From contig CM075987.1 of assembly GCA_038087875.1 (NCBI GenBank), positions 24,430,001 through 24,494,000 on the forward strand: a stretch of DNA of 64,000 nucleotides, read 5' to 3'. Below are positions 1-12,496 of the stretch, piece by piece (position 1 is the stretch's first letter; each line of letters opens with the position of its first letter). The stretch is from Malacoraja senta (lineage: Eukaryota). Below the pieces are notes generated by a model. That model was given only the letters and a program-made list of their open reading frames with translations. It was not told the DNA's origin and searched no databases. The position numbers were made by a program, and so were the translations under genes.

Positions 1-11
1 GGTTGGTAATT

Positions 12-80
12 GAGGTTTTAAACGAGTACTTCTCATCTGTGCTCACTAAGAAGACAGACTCTGTAGTTGGAGAATCCATG
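12..80 (+). mobile_element. CR1-type LINE ORF2 fragment
   Basis: Translates EVLNEYFSSVLTKKTD, resembling the linker motif between EN and RT in CR1 ORF2. Confidence 0.55.
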
Positions 81-600
81 AAGTGGTGGGAGGAGGGAGG
101 TGGGGACTTGGATCGTGAAATCCAAGAACAATGTTTGGAAAAAGGGAAGGTGAGATCGATGATTCCCGAGCCGATATGATAATCAGTGTTAACCTTTATC
201 ACTTCCGAAGGACCGTGCAAAAAACACACATCGCTCCCGTCGATGCCAGTTTCAGATGCAGGAGTCTCAGATTCTGTTAAGACTATCAGAACTAAATATT
301 CAGTTTATCACAGAAAATAAACCAAGCTGACGAGTTTCTAGGATTACAAACTAAAATCAGATTTACCAATCAAAATTGAAAACCAGCCAAAGTGAAAAAA
401 ATATATATATAATGTTTCTCAAGTGCTGCTCCACCTGAAGATCCCAAGGCCCAGATTTAACTTAAACAAAATAAATATGAGGCCCCAGTGAGGAATGCAG
501 GGGCACCAAAAAATGACTGGTCTCATTTAGTTTGTGCAGACACTCCACGCAATTCACTGCAACAATTCAGTATTCAATAAACCAGACACATTTTTTTATC

Positions 601-680
601 ACGAGAGGACTAGATCGGGTAGATGCACAGAGTCTCTTGCCCAGGGTAGGTGAATCGAGGACCAGACAACATCGGTTTAA
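601..680 (+). mobile_element. CR1/HER1-like LINE 3' fragment
   Basis: Near-identical to 878-960 (gagagga.tagatcgggtaga.gcacagagtctcttg). Confidence 0.75.
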
Positions 681-877
681 GTTTTAAGGTTTGTCTGTTT
701 ACAGTTTGAATGGTGGCTGTTTAAATAGTACAGATTCCGGGAAAGATCAGGATTAGGAAAACTTAACCATTGTGATTTTTCAGAATGTTGAAATTCAAAA
801 CCTGGCATGAATTGAATTTTGATGTTGCAATTGGGATTCCTTGTCAGATTAAACTGTTGATGCTTGATAAAGTGGCC

Positions 878-1230
878 ATGAGAGGAATAGATCGGGTAGA
901 CGCACAGAGTCTCTTGGCCAGAGTAGGTGAATCGAGGACATGAGGACACAGGTTCAAGGTGAAGGGGAAAAGATTAAATAGGGATCTGAGGGGTAACTTT
1001 TTCACACAAAGGGTGGTGTGTGTATGGAACGAGCTGCCAGAGGAGGTTGTTGAGGCTGGGACTATCCCAACGTTTAAGAAGAAGTTAGACAGATTCATGG
1101 ATAGGGCAGGTTTGGAGGGATATCGGACAAATGCTGGCAGGTGGGACTAGTGTAGCTGGGACATGTTGGCCAGCGTGGGCAAGTTTGGCCGAAGGGCCTG
1201 TTTCCACTCTGTATCACTCTATGACTCTAT
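878..1230 (+). mobile_element. CR1/HER1-like LINE 3' end
   Basis: ORF2 C-terminus FFTQRVVCVWNELPEEVVEA...FKKKLDRFM; 3' UTR with ggccgaagggcctgtttcc stem-loop and (actctatg) tail. Confidence 0.9.
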
Positions 1231-1504
1231 AAAACCTTGACAGTATTCTTGCTTCGGTGAATAGTGCCCAGGATTAATCTCTATTTGGTCGACACTATAA
1301 CGTGTGCCTTTTGTCATCAATGTCACGCCGAGTTCTATCTGCTGCAGTGCATACGATCCAATTGAATCATTGAAAGATGAGGGTCTTCCCTCTTTCTTTA
1401 CACCCTGTCTCCCTCCATCCGCATCCCCATCTCCATCCCACTCACGCACGGTTTGGCCAACACTGGACTATTTTCTCTGCGGTGTCGGAGACGGAGGGAA
1501 ACCA

Positions 1505-1670
1505 GATGGAATGGAATGGAACGGAATACTTTATTGTTACATGTGACAAGGCACAGTGAAATTATTTGCTTGCACACACAAGGTATACAAATAGTCGCCA
1601 CATAAAGGGCACGGACAAAGTTACAAAGTACCCCCATTGTTCTTCCCCCTCCCCCCCCTCATAATGGTTC
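1505..1670 (-). mobile_element. LINE 3' tail of unassigned family
   Basis: Minus-strand aataaa followed by (ttcca)n tail; resembles tails at 8308 and 28545. Confidence 0.5.
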
Positions 1671-1762
1671 CCGTCAATATAATTGTGTACAAGTGTATAT
1701 AAGATTATAAGAGGCATATATGGGGTAGATAGACATAGATAGATAGACAGTCCTTTTCCCCA

Positions 1763-1855
1763 GGATAGTGTTAACGTGCGGGGATCGTCAGTCGGTGTGG
1801 ACTAGGTGGGCCGAAGGGCTGTACCTTTAAACTAAAAAAGACTACACTAAACTTA
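1763..1855 (+). mobile_element. HE1-like SINE 3' fragment
   Basis: ggatagtgtta..gcggggatcg..ggtgggccgaagggc and (aaact)n tail match the other copies. Confidence 0.75.
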
Positions 1856-2177
1856 AAACCTCTTAATATTTCCATTGCGAGCGTGGTTTTAGTGTCAATC
1901 ACCAGCCCAACAGCATTATGGCAGCATTCCAAATTTTCTCAACAATTAAGATTACATCAGATAGCTAATCATATTTACAGATTTTACAAGGCCTGGATAA
2001 AGGATGTTAAAATTTGCATTTCCTTTCCAGTCTTTTAAAAAAAAAAATTCTCCATGCACGATTCAAAAATGTCATCACCTGTTAGCATGTTGATGATACA
2101 GCATTTGGATCTTAAATGCATTATTGTGATCAAGGGTAACAGCAGGGTAGGACACTTCCTGAATGGTGAAAAGTGGA

Positions 2178-2245
2178 ATATAATAATAATAATAATTGAT
2201 TTTATTTATATAGCGCTTTTCAGGACTCAAAGTCGCTTTAATGAA
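2178..2245 (-). mobile_element. L2-type 3' tail
   Basis: Reverse complement reads aaagcgactttgag...aaaagcgctatataaataaa followed by (att)n. Confidence 0.6.
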
Positions 2246-2380
2246 CAATGGAGGCCCAACGAGATTAGTAGTCTCATGTAAGCACAGAATATAACCTAGA
2301 GGCTAATGGAATGTTGTCTAGAGAGTGGACATTAAGCTGCAGTCATATCCAGACTAAGTGAGGCCACAACTGAAGTATTA

Positions 2381-2966
2381 AGGGCCTGTCCCACTTAGGC
2401 TATTTTCTAGGCGACCACAGGTAACTAGGCTGTCGCCACATGGTCGCCAGGGTGTACGGTCGTGAGTCGTCCCCTCAGCAGCCCAAATAGTCGTAGTGTC
2501 TTCCTGGTCGCCACTGGATTTTCAACATGTTCAACATTTTTCGGCGACAGTGGGTTTGACGCCAATGAGCGTAGCTTGACTTCTCCTGACGTAGGTGCTG
2601 CCGTAGGTTGTCGCCAGGTGCTGACTTCGGTGAATTCCATTGGCGACAACCTACGTCAACCTACGTCAACCGGCGACAGGTACCGGCGACTGAATTGTCT
2701 TCAGTTGTCGCCGACAGGGTCGTAGCTTGTCGCGGGTGGACGTAGGGTGTCGTAGGTGTGGTCGTAGGAGGACATCCTAATGGGTCGCCGGTTGTCGGTA
2801 GCTTGCCATAGCTTGCCGTAGCTTAACGTCGACTAGGTGGTAGGTTGTTGTAGCTTGTTGAAGACATTGTCGTCGGGGGGTCCAGTCGCCAGTTTTTCGG
2901 CGACCTGCTACGACTATGACAGTCGCCGGCAGTTGCCTAAAAAATCGCCTAAGTGAGACAGGCCCT
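2381..2966. mobile_element. Non-autonomous PIF/Harbinger element (MITE)
   Basis: TIRs agggcctgtcccacttaggc / gcctaagtgagacaggccct; flanks tta / gta (degenerate TWA TSD); CpG-rich interior. Confidence 0.85.
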
Positions 2967-3695
2967 GTAAGATCAATGGTGAATTCACTCCTTATGATGT
3001 CCTACTAAGGTGATATTTTTAAGGTTAAACTACGGTATTGAACCTGGGCCTTTGGCGCTGTAAGGCAACAACTCTACCGCTGAGCCACCGTGCCAACCCT
3101 CTTGCCTATAAATGTAGTAAATGGAAGGGAGGTTGGTTTGTGTGACGGTCTGGGCTGCTTAAACGATCAACTCTTTTCCCATCAACATGTCGGGCATCCT
3201 TGCCTCGCTCTGCTTCCACTGAAACTAGAAACACGATTCCTGGTCTCGATTTTTCTTCTGCACGTTGAACATGGACAATGATTCCAAGCCAACCATGGTA
3301 GTGGTTGAAGATTGGTCCCGAAAGTCGAACAGAAGCTAGCTGCGAGACCGGAGGAAACTGGCAGGAAGCTTGGAGTTCCTGGGTCGCAGTGACCAGAGAC
3401 AGCAGCTCATTACATCGGCAGTTCTTGTTTGGTGGGGGAAAAAATAAAACTCGACCTACTTATAAAGATTTGGCAATCTTTTCCTCAAGATGCGAGAGCA
3501 AACTCGAACACTTGGCTCGCGATCCGGAAGACTCATTAAAACCAGATTAGAAACACAGTCAACATGAATCCTACTCTATTTCTGGGCTTCCGAGCTCAGT
3601 AATAAGTAACATGTTGAGTCAGAAGAGGGCACAGAATACTCCGCACTCATGTGACCAAGGCACCACCAATGGTGTGATTGGTGAACTTTTGTAAC

Positions 3696-5650
3696 GTATC
3701 GGTGATCATTTTCCCAATGTTCTATAGATTCAGGATCAGTTCCTGTGGATTGGAGGGTGGCTAATGTTATCCCACTTTTTGAGAAAGGAGGGAGAGAGAA
3801 AACAGGGAATTGCAGACCAGTTAGCCTGACATCGGTGGTGGGGAAGATGCTGGAGTCAATTATAAAAGATGAAATAGCGACACATTTGGATAGCAGTAAC
3901 AGGATCGGTCCGAGTCAGCATGGATTTACCAAGGGGAAATCATGCTTGACTAATCTTCTGGAATTTTTTTGAGGATGGAACTGGGAAAATGGACAAGGGA
4001 GAGCCAGTGGATGTAGTGCACCTGGAGTTTCAGAAAGCATTTGATAAGGTCCCACATCGGAGATTAGTGGGCAAAATTAGAGCACATGGTATTGGGGGTA
4101 GAGTACTGACATGGAAAGAAAATTGGTTGGCAGACAGGAAACAAAGAGTTGGGATTAATGGTTCCCTTTCAGAATGGCAGGCAGTGACGAGTGGGGTACC
4201 GCAAGGCTCGGTGCTGGGACCGCAGCTATTTACAATCTACATCGATGATTTTGATAAAGGATTCAAAGTAACATTAGCAAATTTGCAGATGACACAAATC
4301 TTGGTGGCAGTGTGAACTGTGAGGATGATGCTATGAGGATGCAGGGTGAATTGGCCAGGTTGGGTGAGTGGGCAGATGCATGGCAGATGCAATTTAATGC
4401 AGATAAATGTGAGGCTATCCACTTTGGTGGCAAGAACAGGAAGGCAGATTATTATCTGAATGATGTCAAGTTAGGAAAAGGGGAAGTACAAAGAGATCTG
4501 TGTGTCCTCGTTCATCAGTCACTGAAAGTAAGCCTGCAGGTACAGCAGGCAGTGAAGAAAGCGAATGGCATGTTGGCTTTCATAACAAGAGACATTGAGT
4601 ATAGGAGCAAAGAGGTCCTTCTGCAGTTGTACAGGGCCCTAGTGAGACCACACCTGGAGTATTGTGTGCAGATTTGGTCTCCAAATTTGAGGAAGGACAT
4701 TCTTGCTATTGAGGGAGTGCAGCGTAGGTTCACCAGGTTAATTTCCGGGATGGCGGGACTTCATATGTTGAAAGAATGGAGTGACTGGGCTTGTATACTC
4801 TGGAATTTAGAAGAATGAGAGGGGATCTTATTGAAACATATAAGATTATTAAGGGATTGGACACGTTAGAGGCAGGAAACATGGTCCCGATGTTGGGGGA
4901 GTCCAGAACCAGGGGGTCACAGTCAGACACGGAAATCGTTGTCAAAACATGAGGGGGACACAATTTCTTGGCGGCCGCACGCGCGCAAGCACACACACGC
5001 GAGGCTTTGGCCGTGAGCCCTGTGGACGGTAACATCAGGAGCTGACCTGGTTGGTGACCGACTCCGAACTCCAGCAACAGCAGCTTCGTCCGCCCCGAAT
5101 CGTGGGGCTTGAATCGGCCCGTTCGCGGGGCCTTTCATCGGCCGGCGGGGGCTTCAACATCGGTAGCCTCGATCGCCTCGAAGCAGCATTTTGATTTTAA
5201 GCCGCGCCGGGCGCTGAAAGGCCCCGCGAACGGGCCGATTCAGCCCTTAGAAAGCGTTTGATAAAGTCCGGATTACAAAACATGGGGGGGGGGGATTGTC
5301 CCCCACCTCTCAAAGCATGGGGGGGAGGTGTCCCACCCGTCCCCCCCCAGGATTTCCGCCCCTGGGTTTAAGAATAAGGGGAAGGCCATTTAGAACGGAG
5401 ATGAGGAAAACCTTTTTCACCCAGAGAGTTGTGAACCTATGGAATTGTCTGCCTCAGAAGGCAGTGGAGGCCAATTCTCTGGATGCTTTCAAGAGAGAGC
5501 TAGATAGGGCTCTTGAAGATAGTGGAGTCAGGGGATATGGGGAGAAGGCAGGAACGGGGGTACTGATTGGGGATGATCAGCCATGATCACATTGAATGGC
5601 GGTGCTGGCTTGAAGGGCCGAATGGCCTACTCCTGCACCTATTGTCTATT
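3696..5650 (+). mobile_element. 5'-truncated, frameshifted CR1 LINE (RT + 3' UTR), interrupted at 4924-5364
   Basis: ORFs 3745-4818 give [47 protein letters not shown]-terminus resumes at 5365; (ctattgt)n tail; ttgtaac on both flanks. Confidence 0.95.
4924..5364. mobile_element. Non-autonomous DNA transposon-like insert with imperfect TIRs
   Basis: Left end CAGACACGGAAATC, right end (reverse complement) CAGGGGCGGAAATC; splits the CR1 at cacagt|ttaag; internal inverted repeat 5105-5246. Confidence 0.65.
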
Positions 5651-5774
5651 GTAACTATGTCGGCGCCAAACACATGGTCACTCTCGTGTACTGCCTACTT
5701 GAGGTCTGCTGTATGGTCCTACCAGGTTGAATGTAAAACAAAGCATTTCTAGGTACATTTGACAATAAATACTA

Positions 5775-6075
5775 GCGGGAGAGTCCAGGACAAAATGACA
5801 TAGCTTCAGAATTAAAAGACATTCCTTTAGGAAGGTAATGAGGCGGAATTTCTTTCATCGGAGGGTGGTGAATCTGTAGAATCCATTGGCACAGAAAGCT
5901 GTAGAGGCCAAGCTAGTGGATATTTTTAAGGCAGGGATAGATAGATTCTTGATTGGTGCCAGTGTCAGTGGTTATGGGGAGAAGGCAGGAGAATGGGGTT
6001 AGAAGGAAGAGATAGATCAGCGTAGACATGATGGGCAGAATGGCCTAATTCTGCTCCTATCACTTATGAACGTGA
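5775..6075 (+). mobile_element. CR1 3' end (second subfamily)
   Basis: gggagagtccaggac...gagggtggtgaatctg...ggagaaggcaggagaatggggttag; cttatga tail. Confidence 0.85.
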
Positions 6076-6099
6076 ACTTATGATTCATTAGAATCATCG

Positions 6100-6375
6100 A
6101 GGCATAGAGTGATACAGCGTGGAAAAGGACCCTTCGGCCCAACTTGCCCATACTGGCCAACATGCCCCATTGACACTAGTCCCACCTGCCCTCATTTGGC
6201 CCATATCCCTCTAAACCTGTCCCATCCATGTATGTGTCTAAATGTTTCTTAAACATTGCGACAGTACTTTCCACGTTCCACACACCTACCGCCTTTTGTG
6301 TGAAAAAGTTACCTGTCAGATTCCCATTAAATCTTCCCCCCGCCTCACCTTAAACCTATGTCCTCTGGTTCTCGA
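6100..6375 (-). mobile_element. CR1/HER1-like 3' end
   Basis: Reverse complement of the 878-1230 type. Confidence 0.85.
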
Positions 6376-6964
6376 TTGATATAATAGTTGAGAGAAGGAA
6401 TGTCATGGTCAGGGGTTTTATCAATACCACCACAAATCTTGAGGGAAAGCATGGTGCGATCAGATATGCAGGACAAGGTGGGAGTCAAAAAGTTGTTCCT
6501 GTGATGGCTATTAAGCTCTGCATTTCAGGAAAATGGCATGGGAGTAGAGGGTGTTCTTCCTCTCTCGAGAATCATTGATACATCATTTATCCCGAGCTGA
6601 ATTCCAATCCCTCCTTCCTCGTTTCGCTCCAGCAAATCAGTGTCTTCTGACTGTTTTTCTCCGCTGTTCTCCAGCGGTTCGAATCCCACCTAATCCCTTA
6701 ACAATCTGAACTATGAATCAGAGCTCTTTGTTCCGGCAGCTCCAGGCACCGCAGTTTAACTACTCTCACTTGACAAAAAACAGGACCACTCAGCTAACAC
6801 ACAACATAACAACGGATTACAGATGTCGATAAGGCCGTACCAGCTTATCATCCACATCTGACTCGCACAATCCCGATTATGAATTCATCTCTATTCAATG
6901 CATTTCCTTTTTAAATCAGTGGAGAACAGTTTACATAATTCAAAGAGTAACGTGCATGCAATAC

Positions 6965-7645
6965 GGCACGGTGGAGCAGTGGTGGAGCTGCTGCCTTATA
7001 GTGCCAGAGACCCGGGTTCGATCCTGACCACGGGTGCTTGTCTGACCAGAGTTTGTACGTTCTCCCCGTGACCTGTGTGGGTTTTCTCCGAGAGCTCCAG
7101 TTTCCTCCCACACTTATCGTGGTAAAATTGTAAATTGTCCCTAGTGTGTGTAGGATAGTGTTAAGGGGCTGTTCCCACTTGGGCGACCTAATTGGTGAGT
7201 TTAGAAGAGTTTGAAAATGACATGTTGAAGAACTCCTTCGACTATGATGAAGACTATCTTCGACTACCCTCGATTACCAACGACTAACATGCCCGACCTA
7301 CTACGACCTACTACGACTAACCCTACGAGTAAAATTTTTTTTTTTCCATGGCAACCTTTTTTTACTCGCGGGGCATTTTTTCAACATATTGAAAAAAACG
7401 CCGCTACCTAGCTGAAGCCTCGAGTTCGCGGAGACCACTCTCGAGCATGAAGGAGAGTTACAAAGACCTCCTACGACCTCGTGTCGACCATGCTGCGAGT
7501 ATGATTCGAGGGAAAACTCGCCAGAACTCGCGGATTAGGTCGCCCAAGTGGGACAGGCCCTTTAGTGCACAGGGATCGCTGGTCGGCTTGGACTCGGTGG
7601 GCCGAAGGGCCTGTTTCTGCACTGTATCTCTAAACTAAACTGAAC
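6965..7645 (+). mobile_element. HE1-like tRNA-derived V-SINE, split by a Harbinger MITE
   Basis: A box tggagcagtgg, B box ggttcgatcc, central gtttgtacgttctccccgtg domain, LINE-derived tail with (aaact)n. Confidence 0.9.
7164..7561. mobile_element. Harbinger MITE related to the 20200-21698 element
   Basis: TIRs aggggctgttcccacttgggcgacc / ggtcgcccaagtgggacaggccct; perfect TTA TSD; right part matches about 21500-21698. Confidence 0.92.
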
Positions 7646-8018
7646 ACAAAGTTGTTAGAACATGAAGAAAGAATAGATTCAGGACAACAGTGTAAACGTT
7701 GACGCAAAATCTAATGAAGATTCCGTGGCTGATGCAATTCTGCAGTGATTGCATTTATCAAGAAAGAGATAAGTTATATCTTTCATTGCTTCATCATTGT
7801 TCTTTTAATTCCGCAATCAAAAACTATACAAAACAATCCTTTCAATGATAATGAAACCATTGTGCCATCCACATGCAACATGACTGTTCTAACCATGAGG
7901 CGTGGCTGAGGCATTCCTTACCTCATGTAGAATTTAGACTTTAAACTTTAGAGATACAACATGGAAACAGGTCCCTCGTCCCACTGAGTCCGCGGCGGAC
8001 AGAGATCACTCCCTACAC

Positions 8019-8885
8019 TGACAAATTATAAAAGGACTGGACAAGCTAGATGCAGGAAAAATGTTCCCAATGTTGGGCGAGTCCAGAACCAGGGGCCACA
8101 GTCTTAGAATAAAGGGGAGGTCATTTAAGACTGAGGTGAGAAAAAACTTTTTCACCCAGAGAGTTGTGAATTTATGGAATTCCTTGCCACAGAGGGCAGT
8201 GGAGGCCAAATCACTGGATGGATTTAAGAGAGAGTTAGATAGAGCTCTAGGGGCTAGTGGAGTCAAGGGATATGGGGAGAAGGCAGGCACGGGTTATTGA
8301 TAGGGGACAATACAATACAATACAATACAATTTATTTGTCTTTTGGACAAATTTGTCATTTGGACCACGTTGAGGTCCAAACGAAATGTCGTTTCTGCAG
8401 CCATACATTACAAAACGAAGAAGACCCGAGACACAACACAATTTACACATACATCCATCACAGCGCTGTGATGGAAGGCAAAAAAATGTATCTCTCCACT
8501 GCACTTCCCCCCCCCCCCCCTCCGATATCAGAGTCAAAGTCAAAGCCCCCGGCGGGCGATGGTGATTATCCCGCGGCCATTAAATCCACGCCGGTTAATG
8601 CAGGGGTCCCGCACCGGGTCTTGGTGTTAGAGCCCCGGCGCGCGCTCGCAAATACCGGCGGCCATTCCAAGCCGCGCGGGCGGATAAAGCCCCGCTCCAG
8701 GTGCTCTTCAACCCCGCAAATCGGGCGGGAGAAGTCGCCAGTGCGGAAGCCCCGAAAAGCGGTCTCCCACCAGGGGACCCGCGGACGATCGGCCATGATC
8801 ACAATGAATGGCGGTGCTGGCTCGAAGGGACGAATGGCCTCCTCCTGCACCTATTTTTTAATGCTTCTATGTTTCTCTGTTTCTA
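8019..8885 (+). mobile_element. CR1 3' end, interrupted at 8308-8783
   Basis: ORF MFPMLGESRTRGHSLRIKG...WNSLPQRAVEA; UTR resumes at ggacgatcggccatgatc. Confidence 0.9.
8308..8783 (-). mobile_element. Unassigned non-LTR element 3' end with GC-rich body
   Basis: (gtatt)n tail on minus strand; ggac at both junctions; CpG-rich body. Confidence 0.65.
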
Positions 8886-9451
8886 ACACTAGAGACAATT
8901 TACAATTTCCAAAAGCCAATTGACCCAGAAACCTGCACGTCTTTCGAGTGTGGGAGGAAACCGGAGCACCCGGGGAAAACACACGCAGGTCACAGGGAGA
9001 AGGAACAAACTCCGTACTGGGGTCACACATAATCAGGATGGAACCCAGGTCTCTGGCGCTGTAAGGCAGCAACTCTACCGCTGCGCCAACTACTTATACC
9101 ACAACTCTACCGCTGCGCCACTACTTACACCACATGTCATGTAATTAATCATGATTACTAGGGACAATTTACAATCTTTGCTGAAACCAATTAGCCTACA
9201 AACCTTTGTGTTAAAGAAGGAAGTGCAGATGCTGGAAAATCGAAGGTACACAAAAATGCTGGAGAAACTCAGCGGGTGCAGCAGCATCTATGGAGCGAAG
9301 GAAATAGGCAACGTTTCGGGCCGAAACCCTTCTCAGACTGATAGGGGGTGGGGAGAAGAAAGGAAAAAGGAAAAAGGCGGAGGAGGAGCCCGAAGGCTGG
9401 GGAGGGGAGGAGACAACCAGAGGGCTGATGAAGGGGAGGGGACAGCAAGGG

Positions 9452-10018
9452 CTAGCAGAATTGGGAGAATTCAATGTTCAAGCCCCCAGGATGTAGACTG
9501 CCCAAGCGGAATATGAGGTGCATTTCCTCCAATTTACGGTGTTGCTCGCTGTGGCCATGGAGGAGACCCAGGACAGAGAGGTCAGATACGGAATGGGAGG
9601 GGGAGTTGAAGTGCTGAGCCACCGGGAGGTCAAGTTGGTTAATGCGGACCGAACCGGAGGTGTTCGGCGAAACGATCGCCAAGTCTCCGCTTGTCTCACC
9701 GATGTAGATCAGCTGGCATCTAGAGCAGCGGATGCAAATAGATGAGGTTGGAGGAGATGCAGGTGAACCTCTGTCGCACCTGGAACGACTGCTTGGGTCC
9801 TTGAATGGAGTCGAGGGGGTGGTGAAGGGACAAGTGTTGCATCTCTTGCGGTTGCAAGGGAAAGTACCAGGGGAGGGGGTGGTATGGGAGGGAAGGGAAG
9901 AATTGACAAGGGAGTTACGGAGGGAGCGGTCTTTGCGGAAGGCAGACATGGGGGGAGATGGGAAGATGTGGCGAGTGGTGGGGTCACGTTGGAGGTGGCG
10001 AAACTGACGGAGGATCAC
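9452..10018 (-). pseudogene. Penelope GIY-YIG endonuclease remnant (frameshifted)
   Basis: CNRKRCNTC, CIRCSRCQLIYIGET, PVAQHFNS, RKLEEMHLIFRLGSLHPGGLN. Confidence 0.92.
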
Positions 10019-11260
10019 TTGTTGTATGTGACGGCTGGTGGGTGAAAGGTGAGGACTAGGGGGACTCTGCCCTTGTTGTGAGTGGGGGGATGGGGAGAGC
10101 GAGCAGTGTTGCGGGGTATGGCAGAGACCCTGGTGCGAGCCTCATCTATGGTGGAGGAGGGGAACCCCCGTTCCCTGAAGAATGAGGACATTTCAGATGC
10201 CCTGGTGTGGAACGCCTCATCCTGGGAGCAGATGCGGCGTAGACGGAGGAATTGGGAGTGGGGGATGGAGTCCTTACAGGAAGCAGGGTGGGAAGAAGTG
10301 TAGTCCAGATAGCCATGGGAGTCGGTGGGTTTGTAGTGGATGTCGGTAAGGAGTCTATCACCTTCGATGGAGATAGTGAGGTCAAGGAATGGTAGGGAAG
10401 TGTCGGAAATGGTCCAGGTGTATTTGAATGCCGGATGGAAGTTGGTGGTGAAGCGGATGAAGTCAGTCAGTTGTGTGTGGGTGCAGGATGTGGCACCAAA
10501 AAACTCATCGATGTAGCGGAGGTAGAGGTCGGGGATGGGGCCCTTGTACGCATTGAACAAGGATTGTTCTACGTACCCGACAAAGAGGCAGGCGTAGCTG
10601 GGGCCCATGCGTGTGCCCATAGCTACGCCTTGTATTTGGAGGAAATGGGAGGAGTCAAATGAAAAGTTATTAAGTGTAAGGACCAGCTCCGCTAGGCGGA
10701 TGAGGATGTCAGTGGCCGGGTATAGGTTGCTTCTAAGGTCGAGGAAAAAATGGAGGGCTTCGAGACCATCCTGGTGGGGGATGGAGGTGTACAATGACTG
10801 GACGTCCATGGTGAAGATGAGGGGGTGAGGGCCTAGAGAGTGGAATGCGCGGAGATGACGGAGGGTGTCTGAGGTGTCTTGAACATAGGTGGGGAGGGAT
10901 TTAACCAAGGGGGATAGTATGGAGTCGAGGTAGGTGGAGATGAGTTCGGTGGGGCACGAACAGGCAGAGACAGTGGGTCTACCGGGACAGTCAGGTTTGT
11001 GGATTTTGGGGAGAAGGTAAAAGCGGGCTGTGCTGGGCTGGGGAACGATGGGGTTGGAGGCTCGGTCGGGCAGGGCGTGGGAGTGGATGAAGTCGGTGAT
11101 GGTGCTGGAGATGGTGGCCTGGTGCTCGTCAGTGGGGTCATGGTCCAGGGGTAAGTAGGAGGAGGTGTCCGAGAGTTGGCGCGTGGCCTCAGCTTTGTAG
11201 AGATCGACGCGCCAGACTACCACGGCACCTCCCTTGTCGGTGGGTTTGATAACCCAATCT
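10015..11260 (-). pseudogene. Penelope reverse transcriptase remnant
   Basis: KPTDKGGAVV, FYLLPKIHK, GRPTVS, DVQSLYTSIP, GVAMGTRMGPSYA, RYIDE (second catalytic D replaced by E), FLDL, YKPTD. Confidence 0.95.
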
Positions 11261-11667
11261 AGGTTGTTGCGGAGTGAGTCGATGGCAGTGCGTTCAGGGG
11301 GGGAGAGATTGGAGTGAGACAGGGGAGTGGAGAAGTTGAGGCGGTTGATGTCATGTCGATGGCAGCCTACAAACCTTTATGTCTTTGCAGTGTGGGAGCA
11401 CCCGGAGAAAACCCACGCAGGTCACGGGGAGAATGTACATACTCCATACAGACATGACCATTCCTTTTATAAATGGGGGTATCTTCACAACCTAAATATA
11501 TTTTCCACTAAATAATGCCATTAAATAATGGGAAGATACATAGTCATATCTTGTCAGTCGGGTTTCTGATCTCAGTCTGGATCTGCCAGAAGGTGGTGAA
11601 AAGATACCTTCCTTGTTGTTCGACGAGTCAATTCTGCCAATTTAATTTACTTGCAAGAGCAAGCATT

Positions 11668-11958
11668 GGGCGGCATGGTGGCACAGCGGTAGAGTTGCTT
11701 GTATACAATGCTTGCAGCGCCAGAGACTTGGGTTTGTACGGAGGTTTGTACGTTCTCCCCGTGATCTTTGTGGGTTTGCTCCGAGATCTTCGGTTTCCTC
11801 CCACACTCCAAAGACGTGCAGGTTTGTAGGTTAATTGGCTTGGTCTGAATGTAAAATGTCCCCAGAGGGTGGCGTTAGCGTGCGGGGATCGCGGGCCGGC
11901 GCGGATTTGGTGGGCCGAAGGGCCTGTTTCCGCGCCGTTTCTCTAAACTAAACTAAAC
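11668..11958 (+). mobile_element. HE1-like SINE
   Basis: Head, central domain and (aaact)n tail. Confidence 0.9.
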
Positions 11959-12496
11959 AATATCAAAGCTGCAAGAGTACAATGCCATTAATTAAATGAA
12001 AGTTCTGAAGGCATCAAAGAAATGGTATCAGATGAACTTTAACACCACGTTCCTGAGAAGATCAAACGCGTGGAGCAAGGGGGCACACCAGACTCTTGAT
12101 TGTTGCTGCCCTTTTATGAGCCCGTCGAATCAAACAGCAGCCAAGGTCTCAGAAAGAAAACAAAACCAGGCCAGATTTATTGATTGGAATGGCTTCTACA
12201 GCACTAACATGTCAGGGATCAGCAAATCAGCACCTCTAGCCTGGAGAGGAAAGTTAGCACACTTGTGCACTTAAGGAAAGAATCTTAGCTGGTGAAGCTG
12301 CATCAAGCTGTCCATATGGAAATATTTAAGATACAGTAACACAGCATCAGTGAACGGGGCACATGTTAACCTTGTTGCTTGAAAAGAACCAAACAGCAAA
12401 GGAAAGGCTTACGGCAATGTTTACAAGTTTTGGTTTAAACTTTATTAGCCCAGTGTTGATCTGGCCTGGACTACTGTCCCACGATTCTACACTTCC

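Larger units (their letters stand above)
7935..9090 (-). mobile_element. HE1-like SINE split by nested insertions (parts 7935-8018 and 8886-9090)
   Basis: SINE tail and head are collinear across the CR1 insert; acact duplicated at the junctions. Confidence 0.85.
9212..11363 (-). mobile_element. 5'-truncated Penelope-like element inserted in a SINE
   Basis: RT + GIY-YIG coding, terminal repeat at 9212-9345; 19-bp TSD agcctacaaaccttt(g/a)tgt at 9193-9211 and 11364-11382. Confidence 0.95.

Noticed and set aside
3180..3660. CpG-containing unique stretch resembling a processed pseudogene
   Set aside because: No recognisable protein in the frames I read; no poly(A) or TSD.
6655..6700. Isolated GGTTCGAATCC B box after an acceptor-like pyrimidine tract
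   Set aside because: No A box or cloverleaf; all three downstream frames stop within 40 nt.
8540..8790. CpG island or promoter
   Set aside because: The GC-rich sequence is the body of an inserted retroelement; the other CpG-rich patches are likewise young transposons.
10015..11223. 402-aa RT ORF as an active or domesticated gene
   Set aside because: 5'-truncated, catalytic YIDD changed to YIDE, and the downstream endonuclease is frameshifted.
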